Positions 12,250-25,899 are shown, counted from the stretch's first letter. The stretch: 64,000 nucleotides of DNA from Octopus bimaculoides (GCF_001194135.2 NC_069001.1:32702190-32766189), one strand, 5' to 3'. Numbers and translations: made by a program. Notes: generated by a model not told the origin, from the letters alone.

Positions 12250-12760
12250 ATTAAACACACACACACACACACAAATCCTACTTTCGACGTTGTGTGCGCG
12301 TGTGTATATGTATGTGTATATATGTGTGTGTCTGCGCGTGTGTATATGTATGTGTATATATGTGTGCGCGTGTGTATTTGTATGTGCATATGTGCGAGTG
12401 TGTATACATGTATGTTTGCGTATGCGTGTATATATCTCTGTGTATATATATGTGTGTGTATGTCTGCGTGTGTATATATGCGTTTGCGCGTATATGTGTG
12501 TGTATGTTAGCGTGTGCGAGTTTTGTGCATGTGTTTTGCGAGTCTGTTGTTATGAATGTTTCTATCTTTTGCATGTGATTGTGTGTGTATATATATATAT
12601 ATGTATATGTGTATGTATATATATGTGTGTATTTATGTGCATATGTATATATATATATATATATATATTTATTTGTTCTATGTGCGCGCGTGTAGTTTTT
12701 GTTTTAAAAGGAACTACTATTCAACGAGTATATACACACACACACACACACATCCATGTG
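12250..12760. repeat. Compound (CA)/(TG)/(TA) microsatellite
   Basis: Alternating purine-pyrimidine degenerate tract, directly visible. Confidence 0.95.
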
Positions 12761-13369
12761 TGCATACACGTACCGGATAATATTTGTAGTAATTATTATT
12801 TATTTCAATTTCTTGATGCAAACCTAAAACTGTATGATTTACTGTTGCCTTTTAAACAATCTCATTGTTTGTTATTAAATAAATCTTTCTTATAAAATCG
12901 CAACCAACCTCCGAAAGCATGATAAACAAAAACAAGGCGGCACTTTTCTACTATATATATTTATTATTATTATTACTATTACACCGCATATTAAGCTTTT
13001 CTCTCTATTCGTTATTGATTTTTCCCCATAGCTCCCAAGATTGTATGGTATTATATTATTTATAAGAGACTTAGAAATAATAAGAGAAGCGAGTTGTGTC
13101 GTTCATGCCCTACTTTTCACCCACCCGACAGTATTTTTGTGTCCCTGTTATTTGTTTAACCCTGGGTCAGATCAAAAGCATTCCATTCATGATTTAGGGT
13201 TATTGTCTAAGACTTCAATATCTCTTTTTTTTAAAGATACGATGGTGTGATTTTGGGGAGTTTCTATGTAGTGGTCCCCTCGTTGGTTCATTACAAATTA
13301 GAATCGAAACCCAGTTTATAGATTCTGCGGGTTTTTTTATTATTATTATTGTTATTACTGTCATACTGA

Positions 13370-14080
13370 GTTCAAATTCTGTCGATGTCAACTTTGCTTT
13401 TCATCCTTTCGGGGTCGAGTACTGGGGTCGATATAATCGGCTAGTCCCCTCCCCCCAAATTTTCCGCGTTGTGCTTACAGTAGTGAGGGTTATTATTATT
13501 ATTATTATTATTTTAGGGCGGCAAGCTGGCGGAATCGTTAACATGCGGGGCAAAATGCTTAGCGGTATTTCGCCCGTCTTCAGGTTCTCGGTTCAAATTC
13601 CGCTGAGATCGACTTTACCTCTCATCCCTCTGGGTTTGATAAAATACGTACCAGTTGAGCACTGGGTGAGGTGTCGATGTAATGGGCTTACTCGCTTCCT
13701 CAAAATTACTCGCCTTTGAAATCATCATCAGGATCGTTTGCACGCCGGACCAAATGCTTAACGGCATTTCGTTCGTCTCTATGTTCTGAGTTCAGTCCCG
13801 CCGAGTTCGACTTTGCCTTTCATCCTTCTTGAGTCGATAAATTAAGTACCAGTGAAACACCGGGGTCGATGTAACTGACTAGTCCCCCCTCCCCTCAAAT
13901 TCGAGGCCTTGTGCTTTTAATAGAAAAGATTAATAATTCAAATATCGCCGAGTTCGACTTGCTTTTCATCTTTCCGGAGTCGATAAAATTAGGTACTAAT
14001 TGAGCACTGGGGTTTGATGTTGTCGGCTAGCCCCTCCCACCAAATTTGAGTCCCCTTGTGTCTATAGTAGAAAGGATTAT
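13370..14080 (+). mobile_element. Cluster of four co-oriented family B SINE copies
   Basis: Repeated ctgagttcaaattc...gactttgc(c)tttcatcc...gtcgataaa...gtaccag...ggggtcgat...gactagtccc(c)tccc blocks at ~13370, 13515, 13730 and 13940. Confidence 0.8.
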
Positions 14081-14359
14081 TATCATTTATTTATTTATCT
14101 ACGATGATATTTTCGCTTTGCCGTTTCTCGGGCTGAGATTTGATTTTACACTCGACGTAGTTTCAATTCTCTCTTGGCACCGTTTTTTAACTTAGGACGA
14201 GCAAGTCGGGTTATACTTTTGGGAAAGGCATGAACAACACTCATTCTCCTTTACACGAAATTAAAGTGAAACTTGCCTCGTATGTACGTGTTTATACATT
14301 TGGATCATAGAGGGGCCGTTGACGATGAACGAAGAAAAATTCACTTGCAGGAAGTTGTT

Positions 14360-14930
14360 TTTTGTTTAGCCCAGGCCTGCCCTGATCCAGTAGACAAGTC
14401 ACTTCAGACATTCCAGTTGTGACCATCCTGCCTTTAAAAAAAATTAGTGTATTTAGGGCCACGTTATTTAATGTCTTTCCCTCCTTTAAGAACGGAAGTA
14501 TGTAAGTTGAGGGATTTGGCGCTATTTCTAACAGATACAACCATCATGCAAGGGTTCCGTTGTTGAATCGAATAGAAAAAAAATTGTTTAGTTTCAGGTT
14601 TGTCTTATTGAGTACACCTATGATCAAAAGCGCTCCTGCTGTGACCGTTCCATTTTTTCCAATAATAGAGAACAATACAATCGAGTGTGTCCTTTTTTTT
14701 TTATAGATAAGAGTGTTATTTGTGATTGATGTGGCTGCTATTTCTAGCAGATCTAACGACTACGTAGAGACTCCTTTGGTGGCTCGAAGAGAAAAGGAAG
14801 TCGTTGTTTAGCCCTCGGTCAGCCCTGAACAGCAGAAACAAGCAGGCCTATAATCATAGAGGTTCCACTCTGAACCATGCCATGTTTATGTATATCAGGA
14901 TCTACGCTGCAGAAGGAAGTTAATCTGCGA
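14360..14930. repeat. Dispersed repeat family D (gttgtttagccc...tatgatcaaa...ggctgctatttctagca), three copies
   Basis: Copies at ~14360-14540(-), 14590-14780(+) and 14800-14930(+). The same family occurs at ~8080, 26490(-), 40150, 44050, 50620(-), 54670 and 62460. Confidence 0.65.
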
Positions 14931-16614
14931 GGAGATTTAGTGGCGAGATAGAGAGATAAATCTGTCGGGCAGTCGAGGTGGTCATCCGGTTTTCAATCCT
15001 GGATTGAAGATAGTTTGACTTCATTGACTTCGCCGATGCTTTTTTAGGAGAAGCATAAACGTCACAACAGCGTGCATCCTCCTAAAATACCACAGAGCAG
15101 CGTGTACTCGTCAAAACAAAGTGCAAGTAAAAAAGCGCCAACAAAGTTATTTATCTAGAAACGTCAGTGAGTGCGCCCTTTCTCTCTCTGTTTGTTGATG
15201 CCATTTGTTCAAAGTTCTCACGATTGTCTTGTTTCTCGATATTTACCATACTCAACCACGACATTTACAATGTTTTTTTTCTCTTTTTTTCTCGTGTGAT
15301 TGTTCCGTTTGTTGGGTTTACATTTTCAAGAAAAGTTCTTTTTATCTTTTCCGCCCTCGAAATTTAAAACAAAAGGCCATGTCATGTGTTACCTGTATAA
15401 ATTTATTTAGTGTGTGACATAGCAACGATAACGACTTCAGCGCGGGGGAGGGGAGCAAAAAGAAACCCTACCGCTATTCATGTTCCCAAGCACATGTGGA
15501 CTTATCCCACCCACTCGCCCACATTTTATTATAGCTCTTACCACAAACCAGTATTGTTGTTAGAATAACAGTTATAATTATAATTGCTAGCGATGACAGT
15601 ATTAGTAGGAGCCATACAGTGCTGTTCTTAGTTTACACCTCTTTTATGTATCGAGTTCAAATCACGCCGGGTTTTGATAAATTAGTACTCTGTCATGCGC
15701 TAGTGACGGGGGTTGATTTACTCTTTCACTCCACCCTCTTACATCCCAAAATGTTTGGCCTTGTAACTAGAAATTACAGGTAGTATCGCGTTGCATCTCT
15801 CTCTAGGTTTCTAGTTCAGTTCCCGCCAGAGTTCATTTTGCTTTTCATTCTTCCTCGGTTGATAAAATAAATACAAATTGAATAACTGGGTCGATATAAC
15901 CGAGTGCAGGGGGATATCCATTACGTTTGCATAGTGGCCTGACTGGCTGTTAAATAAGAGGAAGTTCCTGGACAGTGTCCACCTATGGAAACTAAGTGGC
16001 TCTGCATTCAAAAGGATACACAACTTGTCTGTTGGTATAAATAATTTATCTTATTATGCAGTTGATCTGAAAGAAGATAAAATTTGATATATGATATTCA
16101 TATAACAATTTATTTATGATATAAATTTATGGTTTTATACTTTATTCCAGTATACTCTCACAACATCTGCATGCACAGAATCATACCTTTCCCCCCTATA
16201 AAACCACCTTCAGTAAGTGTTTGATGAAACATACTATATTTGTTTGTTTTTACAAAATATACTTGTAAGATAGGCAACTGTGCTGATAGGGGAGGTCTAT
16301 TTAATCAACAATACCTCTTCAAAATGTGTTTGCCTTGTGACAAGAAATTATTATGCCAACAGACGATAATATTGATAATAATAATCGTTTCTATTATAAG
16401 CACAAGTCCTGTAATTTGTTGGGGGTGGGCTGCTTGATAGCATTGATCCCAGTGTTCAGTTGGTATTTTCTTCATTGGCCTCGAAAAAATGAAAGGCAAA
16501 GTTAACCAGCAAAATTTGAACTCAGAATGTAAAGTTGGACAAAATACCACTAAGCATTTTGCCCAGCATGCTAACAGTTCTGCTAGCTTGCCACCTTAAT
16601 AATAATCCTCCTCA

Positions 16615-16750
16615 TCATCATCGTTTAACGTCTGCTTTCCATGCTAGCATGGGTTGGACGATTTGACTGAGGACTGGCAAGCCAGAAGGCTGCACCAGGC
16701 TCCAATCTTATCTGGCAGAGTTTCTACAGCTGGATGCCCTTCCTAACGCC
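16615..16750 (-). mobile_element. Family E retroposon with a (GAT)n tail
   Basis: catcatcatcgtttaacgtctgctttccatgctagcatgggttggacg...ctggatgcccttcctaacgccaa. Other copies include 23320-23465, 38080-38345, 40640-40840, 46900-47085, 49918-50197, 50860-51035, 52900-53090 and 53160-53460. Confidence 0.75.
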
Positions 16751-17064
16751 AATGGTTTCAAATTTTGCCACTAGGGCAGCCATTTTAGGGGAGGGAATGA
16801 GTCGATTACATCAACCCCAGTATTTCACTGGTACTTAATTTATCGATCCCGAAAGGATGAAAGGCAAAGTCGACCTCATCCTTTCAGAGTTCAGGATGTA
16901 AAACTTGTGTATTTGGATATGATACTTTATGTTACTGCAATCAGCCACCAGGGTAGTGCATCCTCGTTTATGGTTTTATTACCATCCATTCATTACAAAT
17001 GGTTGATAGGTGGAGGAATAGTTAACATTCCTTTCATTTTCCATGGGAAATTTTGAGTTAGATA

Positions 17065-17280
17065 ATCAATCCTTTAGAATTCAAGATTATTATATTTAAT
17101 GCAATGCTTGTTTATTCATATTGTTTTGAATTAATTGTGCTCAGGATTCCAGTGATCTGCTTATTTAGTTTTAGAATGGCATTGTAGGGTTGGTGTAAAA
17201 AGTCATATCTTGCCAGTTTCAACATGAGACAGGTTAAATATTTTGGCCTGATATGGCTGATTTGAATGCTAAAGGGTTAA
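17065..17280 (-). mobile_element. TTAA-CCCTTT MITE, family G
   Basis: Ends in tgaatgctaaagggttaa. Its body is the reverse complement of the 24836-25055 copy. Confidence 0.7.
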
Positions 17281-17697
17281 AAAATGTCTTTTACAGGTAA
17301 CACAGTCATTAAATAATGTAAGACATATATCAGATTTGGGTTTTGTATACTGAGGAAGGAGATATGCTGTGACCTCTCCACAAAACTGTCAACATACTGC
17401 AAGCAATATTTTATGTGTGCTAACAGGCTGCAGTATTTTGGCTTGCTTACAAGGTAGCAAGCTGGCAAAATCGTTACTGCACCTGACAAAATACTTAACA
17501 GCATTTCTTCTGACATTACATTCTGAGTTTCAATGCAGCCTAGGATGATAAAATAAGTACCAGTTGAGCACTGGGGTCGATGTAATTGACTTAACCCGTC
17601 TCTGAAATTGCTGGCCATGTGCCAAAATTTGAAACCAATATTTTCATTTGTTTACAGTACTTTATTATAAGTATCAATTATTGTGCCTAGTGGACTT

Positions 17698-17771
17698 ATC
17701 TGGCTCTGTAACCTACAACACAGTCTCCCATCTATATCTGGCTCTGTAACCTACAACACAGTCTCCCATCT
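17698..17771. repeat. Perfect 38-bp tandem duplication
   Basis: atctggctctgtaacctacaacacagtctcccatct occurs at 17698 and 17736. Confidence 0.95.
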
Positions 17772-18771
17772 GTAATACAGCAGCATTAGACCCGTGCTTC
17801 AGGGCAGAAGAGTTAAGACCAAATTTTTTGATACATCATCGTCATCATCATTTAATGTCCATTGTCCATGCTGGCATGGGTTGGATGTCCTTCTTAATGC
17901 CAACTGCTTTACAGAGTGTGTTCAGTGCTTTTATGTGGCGTCACATGGGTGCTTTTACATGGCACTTTCATGAGTGCTTCCCACCACCAGCAGGATTGGT
18001 CTTAACTTTTCTGCCCTGGAGCACGGGTCTTCTTGAGTACAGCAAGTGTGTTTGGGTCTCCTTGTCTTGATATCTTGTAATAGTTGTAAATGATTGTCAG
18101 TGTCATACGAACACTGTTGTTCATTTTCCAGTATTCTGCAAGCATGTGTCTGACCATGAGGAAATTTTATCTTGCTTGGAAACAGATGAGGGTTGACAAT
18201 AGGAAGGACATCTGTCCATAGAAAATCTTTCTCAGTTAACTCTGCCTGACCCATGCAAATATGGAAATGTGGATGTTAAAAAGTTTGATGATAAGGAAAA
18301 CTGTTTTTCACTCACTTTTATATTTACTTTGCATATTTCACAAATAAAAAATCACTTTGTTTAGGAAGATGCAAGCATATAAGCAATATGCAATGAATGC
18401 TTGAAAATTAACCTTGTATCTAATCAAAATAAATTACTTTTATTGTATAACCACAGGCTACAGATATTTTAGGGGAGAAAGACTTTGTAAATTAGAAAAG
18501 TTTGCATGGATCTGAATGGGCATCAGGGATGTAAAATGATCTGGTTCATTATAAATGGGGATTTTGGAAACCATTATTACGGATCTGGTATCATAAAGTG
18601 CTATAATGAGTAATTTTTATTTGGTGTAAAACAGTTATTATAGAAAATGTATAAAATGTATAACGTCTGCCTTCCATGCTGGCATGGATTGGACAGTTTG
18701 TCAGGAGCCTACTCCAGACTTCTGTGTCTGTTACATGAGCCAAAATGAGGATAACTCCGTAGAGTGTCATT

Positions 18772-19312
18772 GACAGCAAACCACAATATACATAGATTGG
18801 AATTGGACCCCTAGACCTGTGAAGCACCTGGACAAATCAATGCACTGGACCCTATATTATTTGTTGACAACAAACCACAATATACATAGATCAGGCTCGC
18901 TAGACCTGTGAGGCACCTGGGCAAATCAATGAATTGGACCCTGTAGTATTTATTAACAGCAAATNNNNNNNNNNNNNNNNNNNNNNNNNNNNNNNNNNNN
19001 NNNNNNNNNNNNNNNNNNNNNNNNNNNNNNNNNNNNNNNNNNNNNNNNNNNNNNNNNNNNNNNNNNNNNNNNNNNNNNNNNNNNNNNNNNNNNNNNNNNN
19101 NNNNNNNNGACAGCAAACCACAATATACATAGATTGGAATTGGACCCCTAGACCTGTGAAGCACCTGGACAAATCAATGCACTGGACCCTATATTATTTG
19201 TTGACAACAAACCACAATATACATAGATCAGGCTCGCTAGACCTGTGAGGCACCTGGGCAAATCAATGAATTGGACCCTGTAGTATTTATTAACAGCAAA
19301 TCACAATATACA
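18772..19312. repeat. Tandem repeat of ~94 and ~89-bp monomers spanning an N gap
   Basis: Monomers start at 18772, 18866, 18955, 19109, 19203 and 19292 (gacagcaaaccacaatatacatagat...). Confidence 0.85.
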
Positions 19313-20556
19313 TGGAACACAGATGTTAAAAAAAATAAGGATGGTTACATCGAATAATGTAATTCTAGAGACACAAAAAGACAGGTTGGTCATGGGTGGA
19401 AAGCTTTTGCTCACAGGTCTGCTCCATCAAAGCTGACTGGGAACTAAGCAACAACAACCAGAACCACCATCGTTAAATGTACTAACTAATTAAACAAAAG
19501 AGTGTTATCTTGTGTTTTGAAATGAATGGAAGAAGATCTGAATGTTAAATGGTGCTTATTAATAAATAATTGTAATAACATGCAGTCACATTATTGATGT
19601 ATTAGCTTTGTGATTGCCTGGCTTAAACGTATGAAATCAATTTCTAATTAAATGGCTGTATATTACGGCTAAGTGGTTAATAATTAATGCTTCCTATTTA
19701 TTGCTTGTAATTATATCTCCTTGCATATAAACTCACATATTTTATTGATATGAAATCATATATAATACAGGCATATTTTATGTGTTGACCTTCATTATAC
19801 TGCCCACCCCTCCTACACACACACATGCACACACACACACATACGTTCTTTACTTATGAAAGCTATTGATTAATTAATGTTTGGATCCAAATCGTCTCTG
19901 ATCGAGCAAACAAATCAAAATCAAAGACAATCAAACCATGACCGCCCCCCCCACCAGCATGGTTGTGTGGTTAATAAGCTCACTTTGCAATCACGTGGTT
20001 TCAGTTTCAGTCCTAGTGCACATCCCTTGGGCAAGTGTCTTCTACTTTGGAGCTGGGCTAACCAATGCTTGTGAGTGCATTCAGTAGATGGAAACTGTGT
20101 TGAAGTCCATTGTGTATACACACACACACACACACAAATATATGTTTGTGTTTGGTTGCCCTGCCCCTATCTGTTTGACAACTGGTGTTGGTTTGTTTAT
20201 ATCCCTGTAATAGTGGTTCAGCAAAAGAGACTGATAGAATAAATACTAGACTTACAAAAAAAAATACTGCAGTCAATTTGTTTTATTAAATTTCAAGGTC
20301 GTGCTCCAGCATGGCTGCAGTCCAATGAGTGAAGCAAGTGAAAGATAAGAGATATATGCTTTGAACTACATTACTGACTGTGTCCTTTAAAACAAGGTGT
20401 GGTTTGAGAGAGTTCTGACTGTTGATCCTGTCAGGTTGTGTAATCACTTAAAGGCTTCCTAGTTGACTCATTTTAGGTTAGCACAAAGTTCTCAAGGAGC
20501 ACTTTGTGACCCACTTTTGAAAACCACTTCACTGTTATTAAAGTCATTTAGAAATG

Positions 20557-20960
20557 TACAAGGAGGGTGTGTGTGTGCTGAAGAGTTCTTGACCTTGGGT
20601 AAAAGAAAATACAGGAGGATCAGTTAATTATGATTTTATGCAACATATTCCCCTCTCAGATTCACACACCTATTGCAGCAGTCCTTCAGTTTTTCTAAAC
20701 CCTGTAAAAGAACTCGGAAGGTTGGGCCTCCAACCAGGCCTTTTGCAATATCCTTAAAGCCAGGAACTTTTCAGCAGTTCCTCATATATTTATATACATA
20801 CAAGTGGGTGTTGAAAAGTTCCTGGCTTCGGGTGAAAGAAAATCAGAGAGGATCAGTTATGATTTTGTTCAACATATTCCCCTCTCAGATTCATACACTT
20901 ACTGCAGTGGTCCTTCAATTTTTCTAAGCCCTGTAAAAGAACTCGGAAGGTTGGGACACT
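20557..20960 (+). mobile_element. Two adjacent mariner-type MITEs (one complete, one truncated)
   Basis: Terminal motif ta-caag..ggtgttgaaaagttcctggctt at 20799 (more degenerate at 20557) with inverted end aaagccaggaacttttcagca...cctcata at ~20757-20787. A third partial copy lies on the minus strand at 28311-28470. Confidence 0.75.
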
Positions 20961-23957
20961 GTCTTTAAGGGTTTAGTTGAATAAATTGACCCTAGTACTT
21001 ACTGTTCATGAGCCTGGTACTTACTCTGTCAGCCTCTTTTGCTGAACTACTAAGTTACAGGAACATAAACAAACCAACACCAGTTGTGTATATATTATAT
21101 AAAAAGATGTTGTGTACATACGGATTAGTTTGGATTTGTATGTAAATATATTTATATATATATATATAGGTGTAGGTATGGTTGTGTGGTAAGAAGCTTG
21201 CTTCCCAACCACATGGTTCCTACCTTGGACAAGTCTCTTCTACTATATAGCTTAAGACTATAGTCTCAAGCTGACCAAAGCCTTGTGAGTGGATTTGGTA
21301 GACAGAAACTGAAAGTAGCCGGTCGTGTGTGTGTGTATAATATGTTTATCGCCACATCAATATGGCTGTTCTGTAAAAATCGACGTTACTTCTGTTTTTA
21401 ACCCCAGGAAGAGCCTCCTCCAGCTGGTTATCAATGCAATCTGCACCCAGTATATATTGCAAGCAGGGGAGAGAACTCATACTATCTTCTAGCAGACGAC
21501 GTCTGCACTCCAATGACTGAAACAAGATACACACACACACACACACACAGAAATGTTATGGGCGTGTATGTGCATATGTGTGCACAAACTAGGAGTACAA
21601 TCTAAAGAAAAGAGCATTCAACATGTGGAGATTAACTTTAAATCGGATCTGCATTACTACATGTTTCACGAATGTTTTAAAAAAACATATTTGTTAGTTT
21701 AGGTGCAATAAGAGTGAATGATAAGGTATCCATTCTAAATGAGGCTGATGGTCATTATAAGATGGGTTAAAGTTCATTTTCGTTGAACGTTTTGGTCCAT
21801 GTGGCGCTGTTAATGATTATTTGATAACTATCAAATGTATTGTGATTACCGGTTACTGCTACATGGGAAGCAACTCTGATGCATTACATGCGAGTAGTCT
21901 CCCGTGTTTTCATTAGAAATAATAGTGAAATTCAGAATTTCAATAAAATAAATAGAATAGGTTTGACGAATAGTGACTTAGGATTGATGTATAATGCGTT
22001 GAGGGTCCACCCAGAAACTGAATCACCACTATTTTTGTCTCAATCCTGCTCCACCTGATACTACCGTCCCCTTTTCTAAATCATGAATAGTTATGTAGAC
22101 AGCTCCTTCATCATCATTGTTTAACATCTGCCTTCCATCCTGGCATGGGTTGAAATGTTTGACAGGAGCTGGCCTGGTCGGAGCCTGCACCAGACTTTTG
22201 TGTCTATTTTGGCATGTTTTTTTTACAGCTGGTTGCCCATCCTAACACCAACCACCCAGCACAAAAATACCTGTTCTGTTCTGGCCCTTTCTTTAATACT
22301 GCAACTCCTTCATCTCTTTGTAATAAAGCTTTGGCCATCATGGTTTGTAGTCTTGCAAACTGCTTGGAGACCTCATTAGTGCTGGTGCTACTAGAAAAAA
22401 ACCCAGTACATGCTGTAAAGTGGTTGGCTTCTGGAAGAGCATCCGGCCATAGAAACAAGGCTGAATTATGACCCTCAGAGATTCTAAACACTTAAAAGAT
22501 TTAGGTGCCCATATTCTTTTACTTGGAAAAAAAGGTTTTGTATCCATGTATAACAAACACCCATATTTTTTAAACTTAATTTTTGACACAAAAGGGTTCC
22601 TTATACACATTAAAATACGGTATTTATATATATATATATATATATACGACTGGCTTCTTTCAGTTTCTGTGTACCACATCCACTCACAAGGCCTTGGTTG
22701 GCCTGAAGCTATAGTAGAAGACACTTGCCCAAGGTGCCACGCAGTGGAACTGAACCCAGAACCATGTGGTTGAGAAGCAAGCTTCTTATCACACAGCCAT
22801 GCCTGCACCTATATATGTAAGAAGCTTGCATCATAACCACNNNNNNNNNNNNNNNNNNNNNNNNNNNNNNNNNNNNNNNNNNNNNNNNNNNNNNNNNNNN
22901 NNNNNNNNNNNNNNNNNNNNNNNNNNNNNNNNNNNNNNNNNNNNNNNNNNNNNNNNNNNNNNNNNNNNNNNNNNNNNNNNNNNNNNNNNNNNNNNNNNNN
23001 NNNNNNNNNNNNNNNNNNNNNNNNNNNNNNNNNNNNNNNNNNNNNNNNNNNNNNNNNNNNNNNNNNNNNNNNNNNNNNNNNNNNNNNNNNNNNNNNNNNN
23101 NNNNNNNNNNNNNNNNNNNNNNNNNNNNNNNNNNNNNNNNNNNNNNNNNNNNNNNNNNNNNNNNNNNNNNNNNNNNNNNNNNNNNNNNNNNNNNNNNNNN
23201 NNNNNNNNNNNNNNNNNNNNNNNNNNNNNNNNNNNNNNNNNNNNNNNNNNNNNNNNNNNNNNNNNNNNNNNNNNNNNNNGCGTGTGTGTGTGTGTGTGTG
23301 TGTATATATTATATGTGGCGTTAGGAAGGGCATCCAACTGTAGAAACTCTGCCAAATCAGATTGGAGCCTGGTGTAGCCATCTGGTTTCACCAGTCTTCA
23401 GTCAAATTGTCCAACCCATGCTAGCATGGAAAGCAGACGTTAAACGACGATGATGATGATGATGATATATAATGTCCTCCATGTAAACAAGCTGCTTTAC
23501 TTAGCAGGTTGTTCATTCATACCCACCTTTTGTCATTTGTAATCAACACTTTACATTTATTACTTGGAAAGAAGAAAAAAAAAAGAAGGTAAATGCCAAC
23601 GTATTCTCATGGGCTTTACATAATTGCTGCATGTCTTTTCCCTCTGTCACAAAACCATTAGTCTCTGCTCTGTCTGTCAAACTGCTGTCTATCAGTCACT
23701 CAACTGTTATGTACTTCTGTAACACCACACATCCACGCACATCTTCCTCTTCAGCTACTGACATTACTGCATCACTCAATACCTTACTTCTCCTCTTCCC
23801 CCACCCCACCTACAGATCTACCCCCACACTTCTACTATCTAGTTCTGCCAAGTTGTTTTACTTTGTCACTTTATCAATGATTTTTAACTAGTTCTAAAAT
23901 TGTATTCCATTCAGTGTTTCCTACTTTCTATTTTATACATTGACAGTTTGTTGTAAG

Positions 23958-23988
<31 letters not shown>

Positions 23989-24235
23989 CACAAGCAACCA
24001 ACCTTATGTAAAATCAAATTTATTACTTAGTGTTTCTTTTGTTTTATAATATTAACCTCCCCCCCACCCTTTACTGAATGTTGGTACTCATATATTGCAT
24101 CACAACTCATACAAAACAAACTACTGTTTTTTTTTAGTCATTGAGGGAGCCTCTTCACTTAAGAGGAATAATAGCCAAATTGTCCTTGAACAGTTTTAAA
24201 TAAAGAAGGTTACATTGGGCATTGTAGCTTCCTCT

Positions 24236-24592
24236 GTGGAGGCACAATGGCCCAGTGGTTAGGGCAGCAGACTCGCGATCATAGGATTGCGGTTTCGATT
24301 CCAAGACTGGGCGTTGTGAGTATTTATTGAACGAAAACACCCAAAGCTCCACGAGGCTCCGGCAGGGGATGGTGGCGAACCCTGCTGTACTCTTTCACCA
24401 CAACTTTCTCTCACTCTTTCTTCCTGTTTCTGTTGTGCCTGTAATTCAAAGGGTCAGCCTTGTCAAACTCTATGTCACGCTGAATATCCCCGAGAACTAC
24501 ATAAAGGGTACACGTGTCTGTGGAGTGCTCAGCCACTTGCATGTTATTTTCACGAGCAGGCTGTTCCGTTGATCGGATCAACTGGAACCAAC
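24236..24592 (+). mobile_element. tRNA-derived SINE, family C (single young copy)
   Basis: A box tggcccagtgg, B box ggtttcgattcc, followed by a ~280-nt non-tRNA body. CpGs are retained in a CpG-poor neighbourhood. Confidence 0.75.
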
Positions 24593-24738
24593 NNNNNNNN
24601 NNATCGGATCAACTGGAACCAACCAACCAACCAACCAACTGTAGCTTCCTCCATACAAAGAAAGATAGGATGGTCATACTGTATTGTCTTTGATGATAGG
24701 TCTGCCTTGTTAGGGTTGACCTAACTATTATCTATCCC

Positions 24739-24776
<38 letters not shown>

Positions 24777-24835
24777 CTTCACTTAAATTCTCTTTTATAA
24801 AATGTCATTTCACCAGCCAGGAACATTTATTTACT

Positions 24836-25055
24836 TTAACCCTTTAGCATTTAAACTGGCCATATCTGGCCCCAAATATTCTCCCTTGTTTTATGTTCAA
24901 CCAGATTCAGCTTCTCACACCTGCCCTGTAATGTCATTCTAAAAACATACAATCCCCTCATTGAAATCTCGAAGCTATGAGATTATTGCATGATTAATTC
25001 AAAACAATTTGAATAAATATTGCATTTGACAGTAATCTGAATACTAAAGAGTTAA
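24836..25055 (+). mobile_element. TTAA-CCCTTT MITE, family G, complete copy
   Basis: ttaa-ccctttagcatt ... aatactaaagag-ttaa. Other copies at ~32840-33043, 39440-39640, 58800-59000 and 61021-61250. Confidence 0.8.
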
Positions 25056-25059
25056 GCTA

Positions 25060-25380
25060 ATTACTTTGCTTTGATCCCCTTCGGTCATGAATGACTATGG
25101 GACTGCAACTAGAAAGTTCTTCGAGGTACAAGTCTGGGCAAGGTTGTTTTTATAGAAGACCAGCAGTCGCCCATGGATACCAGCCTCTCTTTTCCATGCC
25201 ACCAATGTTATCCAAGGGAAAGGCTAAAGGCCTTCATAGTTTGGCACCAGCTGAGTGAACTGGAGCAACGTGAAATGAAGTGTCTTGCTCAAGAACACAA
25301 CACACAGCCCAGTCCAGGAATTGAACTCACTACCTCATGATTGTGAGCCCTATACTCTAACCACTGAACCATGAGCCTTC
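25060..25380 (-). mobile_element. tRNA-derived SINE, family F
   Basis: Reverse complement reads tggttcagtggttagag...gagttcaattcctgg...ttcttgagcaagacacttcatttcacgttgctccag. Related copies at ~10620-10830, 34395-34625, 43030-43270 and 61560-61670 (all minus), and 51610-51900(+). Confidence 0.75.
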
Positions 25381-25835
25381 ATTTTACTCTGCCTTCNNNN
25401 NNNNNNNNNNNNNNNNNNNNNNNNNNNNNNNNNNNNNNNNNNNNNNNNNNNNNNNNNNNNNNNNNNNNNNNNNNNNNNNNNNNNNNNNNNNNNNNNNNNN
25501 NNNNNNNNNNNNNNNNNNNNNNNNNNNNNNNNNNNNNNNNNNNNNNNNNNNNNNNNNNNNNNNNNNNNNNNNNNNNNNNNNNNNNNNNNNNNNNNNNNNN
25601 NNNNNNNNNNNNNNNNNNNNNNNNNNNNNNNNNNNNNNNNNNNNNNNNNNNNNNNNNNNNNNNNNNNNNNNNNNNNNNNNNNNNNNNNNNNNNNNNNNNN
25701 NNNNNNNNNNNNNNNNNNNNNNNNNNNNNNNNNNNNNNNNNNNNNNNNNNNNNNNNNNNNNNNNNNNNNNNNNNNNNNNNNNNNNNNNNNNNNNNNNNNN
25801 NNNNNNNNNNNGTGTATATAGTTTTATTGAGTATG

Positions 25836-25899
<64 letters not shown>

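Noticed and set aside
12278-12895. Long ORFs rich in C/V/Y/M or H/T/I (also at ~33180-33750, 56131-57138 and 63734-63965)
   Set aside because: They are translations of dinucleotide microsatellites.
24241-24315. tRNA-like sequence with A and B boxes
   Set aside because: No complete acceptor stem, and it continues into a SINE body, so it is a SINE head rather than a tRNA gene.
24571-24624. 22-nt direct repeat flanking a 10-N gap
   Set aside because: Typical unmerged contig overlap.
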